From: a virus
Taxonomy: Duplodnaviria > Caudoviricetes
Strand: one strand, 5' to 3'
Length of the DNA stretch: 62,462 bases
IMG/VR virus record: IMGVR_UViG_3300032235_001256
Coordinates: 1 to 62,462 of that record
Numbering within the stretch: the first letter of the stretch is position 1; each line of letters begins with the position of its first letter. The notes below the pieces were generated by a model, which saw nothing but the letters and a program-made list of their open reading frames with translations, was not told the DNA's origin and ran no database searches. The position numbers and the translations under genes were made by a program. This document shows positions 40,522 through 50,406 of the stretch, piece after piece.

Positions 40522-41228
40522 TGCTTAGGCCAATTCATGTTGGTAGAAACTGGCCGACTCAGCGGCCTCTTGATCCAAATGCCACCTTTTTGCCTGGCAT
40601 GATTGGCCAACATAAGCTCGTTGGTAACGAAATCGTACTAGGCGTCAGCGACGGTATTGCTCCATTCGGTATAATTGAAGACGTCAGGGAAGTTGCCCAT
40701 GTGCGTCCGGTGATTGATGAAATTGTTCTTGTCACTCCCTCTGAGTCAGAGATTGACCTAAGCACCGGGGTGCCGCTACTTGCTGTTGACAAGATTGCAT
40801 TCCTCAAAAATGCGAATATTCTGCAGTATAGTTTCGCCTCTGACATAGCAGGGGTAGAGCTAATTGCAGTGAATGGAGCAGTGAACATCGTCGCTGGAAC
40901 CGCACTGAATGCGCGCATCAGCCCCATATCTACGACTAATGACAGCGTAATGGTACGTGCTAGGTATTCTTATTATGTGCCAAATCGGCCGGGGGATGAT
41001 TCCACGCTGGGCAGCAACAAGGTAACTGTTTGGCCAAACCCAAGCGGCTGCATTTTTGCTACTGACCAATACGAGACCGCCGTTCCTTACCCACTTAATG
41101 CTGCTCTTTATGTCAGCTCCGGTGGCCGGCTTACGAGCGAGCAGCTAATGGATTCCCAGCCAGCGGTGGCCATGGTGTGTGTGCCTCCTACGAGTGTAAA
41201 CCCCATGCTTGAATTCATGTGGTTGTGA
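40521..41228 (+). CDS. Capsid decoration/cement-like protein, paralogue 1
   Basis: Beta-rich; STLGSNKVTVW...FATDQYE resembles TATASGKVTLW in 47169. Confidence 0.55.
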   Translation: MLRPIHVGRNWPTQRPLDPNATFLPGMIGQHKLVGNEIVLGVSDGIAPFGIIEDVREVAHVRPVIDEIVLVTPSESEIDLSTGVPLLAVDKIAFLKNANILQYSFASDIAGVELIAVNGAVNIVAGTALNARISPISTTNDSVMVRARYSYYVPNRPGDDSTLGSNKVTVWPNPSGCIFATDQYETAVPYPLNAALYVSSGGRLTSEQLMDSQPAVAMVCVPPTSVNPMLEFMWL

Positions 41229-41235
41229 GGTTGAT

Positions 41236-41838
41236 ATGAATAAGAAATTGTCCCTGTTTGCAAGCATGTTTGAGGCCGATACGGGTATGGATGTTCGTGA
41301 CGAGTTTGTATCCGCCTGGGCAGATGCACTCACGCAAAAGAATAACCAGCGCAACCGCAAATTTGTTGCAACGGATGTGGATAACTGGCTCAAGACCATG
41401 CACGAGGAAATTGCCGAGTGCGATGAGTCGGCGACCGTGCGCGTGTGGCTCGATGAGCTAAATGATCTTTTTTGTGTTTCGGTTGTTGATGCGTCGGGCT
41501 GCTCCGAGTTCTGCGTTGCCTCGCCCCGCAACCCCAAGACGGAGACAGAGGAGCTCATTCTAGCCGTAATCAATGGTGGTCCGGAGGCGCAAGAGGCTTT
41601 CCGTGGCGCAGTGTTGAAGCTAAAGGGCGACAGCCCAGCGGAGACCGTTTCAGACAAGAGAGAAGAGCGACTAGCTGACTCTGTTGTCGTGGACGATGAC
41701 GATATGAGCGATGACGAGCTGGATGAGCTAGCGGACAAGCTGGATAAAACCGCCTCGCTGCTAGCTAATAATCAATCTGCAGCGTATATGGTCGAATTAG
41801 CAGCCTCTCGTCTTCGAGAGATCAAAGCAGGTGAGTGA
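41236..41838 (+). CDS. Hypothetical acidic protein
   Basis: GAGGT RBS before ATG 41236. Confidence 0.65.
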   Translation: MNKKLSLFASMFEADTGMDVRDEFVSAWADALTQKNNQRNRKFVATDVDNWLKTMHEEIAECDESATVRVWLDELNDLFCVSVVDASGCSEFCVASPRNPKTETEELILAVINGGPEAQEAFRGAVLKLKGDSPAETVSDKREERLADSVVVDDDDMSDDELDELADKLDKTASLLANNQSAAYMVELAASRLREIKAGE

Positions 41839-42227
41839 TGTCTAAGTTTGTAGATGTAGACGGTATACTGGCAGAAGTGCAAAAGAAGATGGCTGGGCAG
41901 ACCACTATGCCGAAGAGCGTTTTCCGACAGGAAGAGGCCCGCGCAGATGTGGATGTTCAGTCAGAGCTAAACAAGCGAGCTGAGGCATACTTTAGCGACA
42001 TGCTTGATGATGTTCACAAGAAGTCAGTAAAGCTCGATGGTATTGACGCAACGGTGATGACCGCCCAGGATCGCCAGGCCGTAGCCATGAAAATGCTTGA
42101 TGCAGGCAAGCGCAAGAAGCTTGCTGCGGTTGCCGATCAGCTGCGAGTGGTGGCCGACCAGGCCGACGCTTCAGGACTTTTTAAGCAGGCTGCCTCGCTC
42201 CGCGAAGCTGCTGCAAAGCTTTCTTGA
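41838..42227 (+). CDS. Hypothetical protein with the C-terminal shared helix-turn-helix module
   Basis: VADQADASGLFKQAASL. Confidence 0.65.
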   Translation: MSKFVDVDGILAEVQKKMAGQTTMPKSVFRQEEARADVDVQSELNKRAEAYFSDMLDDVHKKSVKLDGIDATVMTAQDRQAVAMKMLDAGKRKKLAAVADQLRVVADQADASGLFKQAASLREAAAKLS

Positions 42228-42240
42228 TTAGGAGTTTGCC

Positions 42241-42993
42241 ATGAGCATCAGGAAAAAGAAGGCCGAAGCTATTATCGGCGGACTCATGGTGGACCTGGCC
42301 GCCAGCGGGGCTTTTGACGCCCTTGCCATCGTACGCCATGCTAGCAGGCGTACCGGCACCGGGTCCACAGCTTTTGTTGTTGCGCCAGATGACCCCGCAT
42401 GGGCCGATCTTTTTCGCGAGCTGAGCGTTGTCAAGAACACAGTTCCGACCCTGTCAGGAGCCGCAGAAAGAAATGCAATCAGGCATCTTGAGTACGCAAT
42501 TAAAAACCGCACCGCTGCTGTTCCCGCCCTGATAGAAGATCTTGACCGGGCTATAGACGGAAACATTGCCAACTACGATGACATTCGAGTGGCTAAGGAC
42601 GCCATGGCCAAGATGAAAAATGCCACCAAGAGTATTGGCGGCCCGGCAATGTCGCAGGAGGGCGGCGCTGCTGGCGCGACAGAAAAGGCATTTAATGACT
42701 ACATAGTGGGGGGCGCCAAAGAGCTTGAGGCCTTCTTTGCCAAGTACCAGATAGAAGACAATCCTAAGAGTGAATACTGGAGTGAGCCACACTTCAATAT
42801 CGCCAAGAGCCTTCTGCTAGACGATAAAAATGTTCAAAGGCTGGTGTCGCATTATAACAAGAAAGATGATGCCAAGGCCAAGCTTATGGCCCGCCCAGAC
42901 TTTCCACAGGGAGCTTTTGAGCTGTACAAGTATGTCTCTGCCCAGATAAAAAAAGCTTCATCCGAATTAGACAAGCTCCCCTCGCGCATATAA
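42241..42993 (+). CDS. Hypothetical helical protein
   Basis: AGGAG RBS. Confidence 0.65.
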   Translation: MSIRKKKAEAIIGGLMVDLAASGAFDALAIVRHASRRTGTGSTAFVVAPDDPAWADLFRELSVVKNTVPTLSGAAERNAIRHLEYAIKNRTAAVPALIEDLDRAIDGNIANYDDIRVAKDAMAKMKNATKSIGGPAMSQEGGAAGATEKAFNDYIVGGAKELEAFFAKYQIEDNPKSEYWSEPHFNIAKSLLLDDKNVQRLVSHYNKKDDAKAKLMARPDFPQGAFELYKYVSAQIKKASSELDKLPSRI

Positions 42994-43002
42994 GGAGATG
43001 GC

Positions 43003-44163
43003 ATGACGCTCAGCTTAACTTCTATTCCAACAGCTCCTGATGCCTCTCCAAAGGGCCTCTCCGCTTCTCCTGGCGCCGGCCGGAAGGGGCTCGGTGCTGA
43101 CTATGTCGTTGCCCTCCAAAAGGCTCTAAGGAGCAATGATCCCACGATTGATCTCGGGAAAACAGGGCCCCTGAAAGATGGAGTAGACGGCCGCTACGGC
43201 AACAAGACTCGCGATGCTGTCAAGGCAGTCGCAAATAAGCTTGGAATCAAGGATCCTCTTGACAATTCCGGCCGCCCCAGCGCAGAAATGAACGCGAAGC
43301 TTGGCCTAGCAAATCCGCCGCCCAGGCCCTCCGCACCAGGCGCTCCGGCAACACCTACGCCTCCTACCGACAAAGGAGCAAAGGCTCCCGCTTCCGAAAA
43401 CGAAGACAAGGATGTTCTAAATCAATTCACGCTATCAGACGGCACAGTGTTCCTGATGGTCCCCTTTTTGCGCGGCTTCCCAAGAGGAGGCCTAACCCTA
43501 GAGGACGAGCCTTGGGCTGCCGTTCAGGCTTTGCGCCAGATGCAGTATGCCCTTGAATCAGGCGGTCTAAAGGTAGATAATAAGTTGCCGAAAAGCTTCC
43601 AAGGCATATCCACCATTGAGGAATATGATAACTACATGGACCAGGTCCGCGCGACTGTCCTAGAGATACAGACAAAATGCAGACTTGTTGCAGATTCTTT
43701 TATAGCCGCAGTCAATCGCAGACGAAAGGAGCTTGGACTGCCGCCAGCAAGCAAACCAGCCACCAAGGGGAGCAAAGACGAGGTCTACGGCTTCGAATTA
43801 GCCTACTGGAACGGCGCTCTAGCTGGGGTTAGCATTGCCACTAGTGCTCAGGCGATACTGAGCACTAAACTCCTGCAGTTTATCAGGGGAACGAGAAGGC
43901 CACTGTTGACGCTTCTCAAAGAATCTGTGGATGTGAACCCGCTCTTTAAAGACTCGAAACTAAATGATGCTGCCGCCAAGGAGATCGGCAGCATAATTGC
44001 TGAGACCCAAACTGAGCTAGCCAGGCAAATAGACCCAGCTGACTCTGCATATTACTTCACATTCAACAAAGACCCTCCGGAGATGAAAAGCAGGCTGCAA
44101 AAGGTGCTGACAGATAGCGCCACAGTGCAGGAAATTAGGCAAGCTATTATCGATCAGGCCTAG
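43003..44163 (+). CDS. Peptidoglycan-binding-domain protein
   Basis: VVALQKAL...GVDGRYGNKTRDAVK (PG_binding_1-like); Pro-rich linker. Confidence 0.7.
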   Translation: MTLSLTSIPTAPDASPKGLSASPGAGRKGLGADYVVALQKALRSNDPTIDLGKTGPLKDGVDGRYGNKTRDAVKAVANKLGIKDPLDNSGRPSAEMNAKLGLANPPPRPSAPGAPATPTPPTDKGAKAPASENEDKDVLNQFTLSDGTVFLMVPFLRGFPRGGLTLEDEPWAAVQALRQMQYALESGGLKVDNKLPKSFQGISTIEEYDNYMDQVRATVLEIQTKCRLVADSFIAAVNRRRKELGLPPASKPATKGSKDEVYGFELAYWNGALAGVSIATSAQAILSTKLLQFIRGTRRPLLTLLKESVDVNPLFKDSKLNDAAAKEIGSIIAETQTELARQIDPADSAYYFTFNKDPPEMKSRLQKVLTDSATVQEIRQAIIDQA

Positions 44164-44203
44164 TCCTAGGGCCTAATTTTACTTGCAGCTTGGTAGAGGA
44201 AAG

Positions 44204-45298
44204 ATGAACATCATAAAGACTTGGGAAGAATATAAAAAATCAGACCACAGGGTGCCAGAGTTCGACCGAGCTCTGGCAGGCTTTGCAGATGCTCTTGGTA
44301 TCGACAAGGATCGTGCCATAGATGCCATTTCCAAGCTCGTAAGCCAAGATCCATCTCTCGCCCGCACATCTTCGTCTGCATTTCCCCTGATCAAGTCTGC
44401 GAACTCCGCTGCTACTGATGCAGTGAATGATATCCTTGGATTCCTTAAAGCGCTAGAAGGAACAGATGATGACGCCATTCAGGCTGCCAGGGCGCAAGTA
44501 GACGGAATACTGGCCGGAGACGATCTGAATCGTAAAAAGGCTCTGCATGAGGCCATAGGTATACATAAGACGATTTATCCAAAACCGGGTTTTGCGCAAA
44601 AACTAAGTACGTCATCGCTCAGGCCTCTTACCGACCTTCTTTCAAAGGGGCCCGAGAGCCTCTCCGACCTTAAATACATCAAGGGGATGTGGAAGACTGA
44701 GGGCCATCTTCAAAGTGTGATAAAAAAGCTTCTTGATGCAGCTGCCGATGGCGATCAGGATGCAATAGATGATTTCGTAGAGATGTCTAAGACAGGCAAG
44801 GGGAAGGAGTATCTGGCGGGCGTGGATAAAAATACTCTCGCCGAAAAGATCACAAGCATATCCCGTCGTGCTCCAGGCAGGATAAATACAAGGGATATAA
44901 TGAAGGCCCACGAAGTCGTTGGTCGCAGTCTTGCCTCCGCTGCCGCCCGTGCAGCGGACCCTAATCGCCTCTGGAATATACTGGGCGACACCTTTGGCAG
45001 GCACAGAACCGTCATGGATCGTCTTCGCGCGGTATGGCGTGCGACAAAATTCTTGCCAGGTATACTTAAGTTCGTAGTTGTTCCAGGGGCTCTCATTGGC
45101 GGAGCAGCGTACGGCGTCAACAAGGCCTACGAGGGCATTAGGGAATTTTTCGGCGACACTGGCACAGACGCCTCTGCGCCCCCGGGCGCAAGTGGTCCCG
45201 GAGGAACCTCTGCAGCCCCTGGCTCCCCTGCCGCTGGTAGCGGTACTGTCGCAGATCGAGTTCGCGGAGAGCTGCAAAAAATCTACTCAAAAGAGTAA
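44204..45298 (+). CDS. Helical protein with a C-proximal hydrophobic segment
   Basis: ATG at 44204; ILKFVVVPGALIGGAAYGV. Confidence 0.65.
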   Translation: MNIIKTWEEYKKSDHRVPEFDRALAGFADALGIDKDRAIDAISKLVSQDPSLARTSSSAFPLIKSANSAATDAVNDILGFLKALEGTDDDAIQAARAQVDGILAGDDLNRKKALHEAIGIHKTIYPKPGFAQKLSTSSLRPLTDLLSKGPESLSDLKYIKGMWKTEGHLQSVIKKLLDAAADGDQDAIDDFVEMSKTGKGKEYLAGVDKNTLAEKITSISRRAPGRINTRDIMKAHEVVGRSLASAAARAADPNRLWNILGDTFGRHRTVMDRLRAVWRATKFLPGILKFVVVPGALIGGAAYGVNKAYEGIREFFGDTGTDASAPPGASGPGGTSAAPGSPAAGSGTVADRVRGELQKIYSKE

Positions 45299-45333
45299 AG
45301 ATATACTCTACAAAGGCTAGTGAAGAGGTACAA

Positions 45334-47043
45334 ATGACGATTGCCGATGAAATTGCAAAAGAGTTTGCCAAAAATCTGGCAGATAAACGAGCCGCAGCGC
45401 GCCAGCAGCTCGTTGCCGCTGCCGCCGACACAGAGAAGGCAATCCGCGAAAAGCGCCCGCGCAAAAGCGATGAAAAATCAATCATAGAGGAAGCTCACCC
45501 GGGCGAGGTTTTCGTTGCAGAGTCCGACGGCCTAGGGGGCATGGTTGGAAATCCAGAGCAGGTTCATGAGCAGATTCTTAATGCCCTGAACCGCCGTCCG
45601 TCCGCCTTCCCCTATCAGGGTCTTGTTGCAAATGCAATGCTGGACTTCGAGAAGACTGCCGAGACGCTCGAGTCACATGACCTACATGACGAAGCCGATG
45701 CTGTGCGAAAAATCGCGCAGGATTTGCTTGCGGTGTTGCAAAGGCGAGCGCAACTAGGCTCCACGACTCCGGGAGGAGTTGCAGATCCCGAGATTCTTGA
45801 TCCAGATCCCGATCAGACGCAGTCATCGAAGATACACAGGGCACCTGATATACAGGAAGCCGAATTAGTATCGGGGGAGGGTCGGACGACAAGTCAAACG
45901 CCCACCGAAACCAGGCCTCGCGACAATAGCGGCGTCGTATCCAAAAGTATCGAACAAACATCAAAAAATGCAAAAAAAGCGGGCGGCGCCCTTAGCAAGA
46001 TAAAGGGATTTGGAGGAAAAATTCTGGGCCCAATAGGACTGGTGATATCTGCGTGGGACATCATAGACTCCGCCAGGAGTGGTGACTGGGCCTCCATCTG
46101 GACCACTGCCGGTGGCGCAGCAATTGGTGCGGCTGCGGCTGCGGCGGGCGTAACTGCGGCACCGGCACTAATTGCCGCCGGCGTAGGCACTGCCGTGGCA
46201 AATGGGATTAGCGCAGCCTTGACTGCCACTGCTCAGGATGGGATAGACGTAGATCTAGCCGAGCTTGCAGCGGACATTGAATCAGAAGTTGCCGATGATT
46301 CTTACGACCCTGCCGCTTACACAGATCCGGTTAAAAAGGAGAAGGCAGAAGCTGCTCGCAAGGCTCTAGAGGCCATGCGCGAGCGGATAAACAGCATATT
46401 GCTAGCCAGGAAGACATTGGAGCGCGAGGCCGGAAAGGGAGAGCAGATGGATCCCGGCACTGTAGGAGTTGCTATCGCCAGTATCGCCGAGAACAACAGG
46501 GCACTGGGAGAGGCATTTGCGCAATTCGAGAAGGCGGGCAGCGAACTTGACCTAACTTTCCTTCGTGACACACTTGGCTTTGGATTTCCGAAGATCAAGA
46601 ATCGCATTTCAGATGTTAATGAATCAGTTTCAGAGTTTGAAAATGCGATGGAGGAGCTCTACACCAAGATCAAACCTCAGGTCGATACTATTCGCAGCCA
46701 GCTAGAGGACCAGGAAGGGCGCGCATCACAGTTGATGAAGGATATTTCATCTGGAGCTGCCACTGGGTACGGGGTAAGGACCTCGCTCGGTCTTCCTACA
46801 AAGCTAAAGAGTGACGTAGACAATCCTGATCACGTAAAGGAAGTCCAGGGCTTTCTGGGAGTGCGAGAGACCGGTGAGTGGGATGAGCCGACGATGGACA
46901 AGATTCGCAAGATACGCAATCGCTGGATCGGCTTTCACATCGATATGGCCAAACACGTCACGGAGGACATCTTGAAGGCTTCCACCAGGGAAGAGCTGGA
47001 TGATCTTGAACAGCTCTGGCAAAACAGACTCGCAGGCAACTGA
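45334..47043 (+). CDS. Candidate ejection protein: Gly/Ala hydrophobic helices, coiled coil, PG-binding-like C-terminus
   Basis: GGAAIGAAAAAAGVTAAPALIAAGVGTAV; VKEVQGFLGVRETGEWDEPT. Confidence 0.6.
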   Translation: MTIADEIAKEFAKNLADKRAAARQQLVAAAADTEKAIREKRPRKSDEKSIIEEAHPGEVFVAESDGLGGMVGNPEQVHEQILNALNRRPSAFPYQGLVANAMLDFEKTAETLESHDLHDEADAVRKIAQDLLAVLQRRAQLGSTTPGGVADPEILDPDPDQTQSSKIHRAPDIQEAELVSGEGRTTSQTPTETRPRDNSGVVSKSIEQTSKNAKKAGGALSKIKGFGGKILGPIGLVISAWDIIDSARSGDWASIWTTAGGAAIGAAAAAAGVTAAPALIAAGVGTAVANGISAALTATAQDGIDVDLAELAADIESEVADDSYDPAAYTDPVKKEKAEAARKALEAMRERINSILLARKTLEREAGKGEQMDPGTVGVAIASIAENNRALGEAFAQFEKAGSELDLTFLRDTLGFGFPKIKNRISDVNESVSEFENAMEELYTKIKPQVDTIRSQLEDQEGRASQLMKDISSGAATGYGVRTSLGLPTKLKSDVDNPDHVKEVQGFLGVRETGEWDEPTMDKIRKIRNRWIGFHIDMAKHVTEDILKASTREELDDLEQLWQNRLAGN

Positions 47044-47168
47044 GGGATTATCGAGAGAGCTGGCATCACATTTTTGCAGCCAACAACTAATAAAGGGTGT
47101 AATATGTGATGTTTTAGGGGTCAAGACGCAGTCTGGCCACTCCAAACTAAATAAGTGAGGTAATTACA

Positions 47169-47843
47169 ATGGCTCTATATCCTGTTCAGCCCGGCATTCA
47201 GCCGCTTGGCCTTTTTGATGTTCTTGACACCGAGCTCGCCGCCCTAAAGGGTGGTGAGGTCATGACCCTCGGCACCGCTCCCGTGGTCAACACCAGCACC
47301 GAGACCGCCGTTCCCGACGTTCTCGACGGCTACCACCTTAACGCGGCAGCCACCCGCCCCGTTGCGCAGCTCGCTGCGTCCGGCGCGGCGTTCGTTGCCC
47401 TTGCCGATGAGGGCACTGGTCCCGACTACTTCACCATGCTCGGCACGGTCGTCGGCGGCAAGGCCGGCCTCGTTGTCAGCGCTGGCGCCGTACTCGGCCC
47501 GCACACCGCTACCGCTTCGGGCAAGGTCACCCTTTGGGACAAGCCCGGTCTCTACGAGGTCACTCTCGACTCGATGGCCGGCGACTTCGTCAGCACGCTG
47601 ACCAGCAGCGGCCTCACCCCCGGCGTTGTTGTCGGTTTTGGCAGCGGCGTGGACAAGGGCAAGCTTGCCCACAACGGCTGCGCGAACAAGGTTGCCAGCT
47701 CAGGCTGTGCGATCTTTGTCGAGTTCGCTCACTCGCAGAGCCTCGTCACCACCCCCGCCTACCTGACCGGCGCGACCCAGACGTTTGATCGCGTCAAGGT
47801 CATGTTCCTCGGTTCAGCTGGCGCCGGCAAGGCCCTGACCTGA
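47169..47843 (+). CDS. Capsid decoration/cement protein
   Basis: Immediately upstream of the MCP; strongly biased codons like the MCP; own terminator. Confidence 0.7.
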   Translation: MALYPVQPGIQPLGLFDVLDTELAALKGGEVMTLGTAPVVNTSTETAVPDVLDGYHLNAAATRPVAQLAASGAAFVALADEGTGPDYFTMLGTVVGGKAGLVVSAGAVLGPHTATASGKVTLWDKPGLYEVTLDSMAGDFVSTLTSSGLTPGVVVGFGSGVDKGKLAHNGCANKVASSGCAIFVEFAHSQSLVTTPAYLTGATQTFDRVKVMFLGSAGAGKALT

Positions 47844-47863
47844 TAGCGACCTGGGAGTTGCTT

Positions 47864-47895
47864 GAAGAGACCGCTTCGGCGGTCTTTTCTTTTTT
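47864..47895 (+). terminator. Intrinsic terminator (UUCG loop)
   Basis: agaccgc-ttcg-gcggtct followed by a long T tract. Confidence 0.9.
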
Positions 47896-47898
47896 GCA

Positions 47899-47943
47899 CT
47901 ATTAATTCTGCTAGCCCTTATCGTACGCAGCCTATTAATTCTG
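47899..47943 (+). promoter_or_regulatory. Tandem putative late promoters of the capsid gene
   Basis: CTATTAATTCTG twice (47899 and 47932) between a terminator and the MCP. Confidence 0.6.
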
Positions 47944-48027
47944 TAGGTGTTTAGCGTAATTAATTTTGGTGACTACGTGTCCCCAAAGTGCAAGTAAGAG
48001 TAAGTTAAGTTCACTTCGGAGAAAACA

Positions 48028-49032
48028 ATGTCAAATCTTTTTGATAACTCAGGCGAGCTCGGTGGTCTTACCACCCGCGACGCGCTGAAGAGCCTCGTTC
48101 GCATTGCCAAGGTCCTCGAGGAGGGCATGCCATCCAACGCCGTTGCCGCCGGCCGTCCTTCGACCACCGAGTCGCAGCGCGACGAGCTCGTTCGCCAGGC
48201 CATCCTCGACCAGGGCGGCAAGGTCGCTCTTGCTCAGGCCATGGCGCTCCCAATCCGCCGCAACCTTGATTACTCGGGCGTTGCTCGCCGCGGCCTCGTT
48301 GTTGACGAGCTCGCCACCGGCGTCCTTCCCCTCTATGAGCGCGACATCGACGTTGCCGCTTTCGTAATCTCGGCGAACGGCGCCGTTCCAGAGAGCCCCG
48401 TCCGTGGCGACCGCGTATTCGTCCCAGAGTTCGACATCGCCTGCCACCCACTCGTCCGCATCCGCGAGGCCCGTCAGCGCCGCTTCAATGTCATCGAGCG
48501 TACGGTCCAGAAGGCCAAGCAGGAGATCGCTGCCACCGAGGACGCGAACTTCTTCGCCGCCCTCGACTTCGCCAGCGACGCCGCCCTCGGCGGTGAGAAC
48601 ACCGCTCAGGTTCTCGGCGCCCGCATCTCGCGCGCTGATATGGTCGAGATCAAGTCAGAAGTTGATCAGTGGGACCTGCTCACCAGCAAGTTCTTCATGA
48701 ACATCCGCGACTTCCAGGACCTCCTCCTCTGGACGTCACAGGGTGGTACCTCGGCTGCTGAAGTCGACCCCGTCACGCACCGCGAGATCCTCCAGACCGG
48801 CCTCTACGCCAAGCTCTTCACCGCCGACATCATCGTCAGCAAGCTTGTTCCGTTCGGCAGCGTCTTCGGTTGCGCTGAGCCCGACATGGTCGGCGTCATG
48901 CCAATCCGCCAGAACGTCGAAGTCGTGCCAAACGACAAGATGGATCGCCTCAGCCTCGGCTGGACGGTATTCGAGACCATCGGTATCGGCATCGTCAACG
49001 CCCGCGGCGTCGCCGTCGGCCGCAAGTCCTGA
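48028..49032 (+). CDS. Major capsid protein (HK97 fold)
   Basis: LAQAMALPIRRNLDY...P.YERD...VPEFDI...RRFNVI.R...EDANFF...FETIGIGIVN.RGV; strongly biased codons; gene order. Confidence 0.85.
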   Translation: MSNLFDNSGELGGLTTRDALKSLVRIAKVLEEGMPSNAVAAGRPSTTESQRDELVRQAILDQGGKVALAQAMALPIRRNLDYSGVARRGLVVDELATGVLPLYERDIDVAAFVISANGAVPESPVRGDRVFVPEFDIACHPLVRIREARQRRFNVIERTVQKAKQEIAATEDANFFAALDFASDAALGGENTAQVLGARISRADMVEIKSEVDQWDLLTSKFFMNIRDFQDLLLWTSQGGTSAAEVDPVTHREILQTGLYAKLFTADIIVSKLVPFGSVFGCAEPDMVGVMPIRQNVEVVPNDKMDRLSLGWTVFETIGIGIVNARGVAVGRKS

Positions 49033-49048
49033 GCTTAGCTCTGGTCTG

Positions 49049-49084
49049 AAAGAGGGGTCGCCGCAGGGCGACCTCTTTTTTATT
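49049..49084 (+). terminator. Intrinsic terminator
   Basis: ggtcgcc-gcag-ggcgacc followed by a T tract. Confidence 0.85.
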
Positions 49085-49195
49085 GCGCCGTCTGATGCTG
49101 TTGACTACGAGCATCGACCGAATGAAGCAGAGCATATGGCTTTGTTTGGCAAGATGTTGCGCAGGCAGCAAGTAGTGTGATCAGGCAGGTGAGAC

Positions 49196-49552
49196 GTGAG
49201 CTTATTCGACTTATTATTTCGCAAGAGCTGTGCAGTGGAGTCTCACCCTGCCGATGGGTACCTGGCACAGCCGCCAGGGCACGACACCATTGTGCGCCCA
49301 GGCACATATCGTTTTAATAATCGCCAGGTAGATATTCTCGGTTTTCTGCCCAATGGCAAAATGAGCGCTACTCTATTCCTATGTCATGCGGGCTCGGGAA
49401 GCTGCTCAGAGTGGGGCACCTACGAGTTTTCTAGGGTATCGTACGACAAATCCCAAGAGATATGGGAAGCTATTGTTGGCAAGTCAGGCATAGTTATTCA
49501 TGTGACAAAACACCACGGCGAAGTAGCGCTGAAAATAGAGGTTGACAGATGA
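49196..49552 (+). CDS. Hypothetical protein
   Basis: GTG start with AGGTG RBS; ATGA-coupled to thyA. Confidence 0.55.
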   Translation: MSLFDLLFRKSCAVESHPADGYLAQPPGHDTIVRPGTYRFNNRQVDILGFLPNGKMSATLFLCHAGSGSCSEWGTYEFSRVSYDKSQEIWEAIVGKSGIVIHVTKHHGEVALKIEVDR

Positions 49553-50406
49553 CTGAAGCTTCCTATCTAAATATAATGCGTCAGATTCTTGATGAAGGGG
49601 TTGACGTAGAAAATGATCGCACAGGAGTTGGAACCCGAGGCATCTTTGGCGCTCAGATGGCATTTGACATGGATGACGGGTTTCCCCTACTGACCACTCG
49701 TCGCATTGCGTTTCGCATTGCATTCGAAGAGATGATGTGGTTTATCAGGGGGCAGACAGATTCCAAGATCCTTGAGCAGAAAAAAATCAACATTTGGAGG
49801 GGTAACACTACACGTGAATTCCTGGATGCAAAAGGACTGGCTCATCTCCCGGAAGGTGACGCAGGAAAGAACTACAGCTGGCAGCTACGCAACTTCAACG
49901 GCAGCCATGTGGGCTCCGGCTACGATCAGTTGGCCGCAATTGTATCTGGAATAAAGACAGATCCATCCAGTCGCCGCCATTTTGTTAGCTACTGGAATCC
50001 GCAGCAGGTGCTGACAGAGGCAGCTCTGCCGCCCTGCCATGTAAGCTGGGCAGTGCAGATTGCCGGAGGCAGGCTAAATCTATCCTTCCAGATGCGGTCT
50101 AATGATTTCTATCTAGGAAATCCGACAAATATCGCAGGATACGGGTTCCTGCTGCACGCCCTCGCCAATTTGGCCGGCTATCGTCCCGGCCGACTTGTGT
50201 TCCAGGGATCTGATGTGCATCTGTATAAGAATCAGTTAGATAACGCAATGATACAAGTCACTCGCGAGCCGCTGCCGTTGCCAGGATTTCGCATAAACAA
50301 ACATCTGTCTACTTTAGATGACCTGCTTGCTCTGCAGTATTCTGATGTAGAGGTAGTGGGGTATGCGCACCACCCAGATTTGCCAAAGGTTGAGATGGCG
50401 ATATGA
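49549..50406 (+). CDS. thyA: Thymidylate synthase
   Basis: DRTGVGT, GFPLLTT, ALPPCH, MRSND..LG.P.N, DVHLY.N. Confidence 0.95.
   Translation: MTEASYLNIMRQILDEGVDVENDRTGVGTRGIFGAQMAFDMDDGFPLLTTRRIAFRIAFEEMMWFIRGQTDSKILEQKKINIWRGNTTREFLDAKGLAHLPEGDAGKNYSWQLRNFNGSHVGSGYDQLAAIVSGIKTDPSSRRHFVSYWNPQQVLTEAALPPCHVSWAVQIAGGRLNLSFQMRSNDFYLGNPTNIAGYGFLLHALANLAGYRPGRLVFQGSDVHLYKNQLDNAMIQVTREPLPLPGFRINKHLSTLDDLLALQYSDVEVVGYAHHPDLPKVEMAI

Noticed and set aside
49549-50406. ThyA as a base-modifying hydroxymethylase
   Set aside because: It keeps canonical PCH and the dUMP-specifying Asn and is coupled to DHFR, so an ordinary ThyA is most likely.
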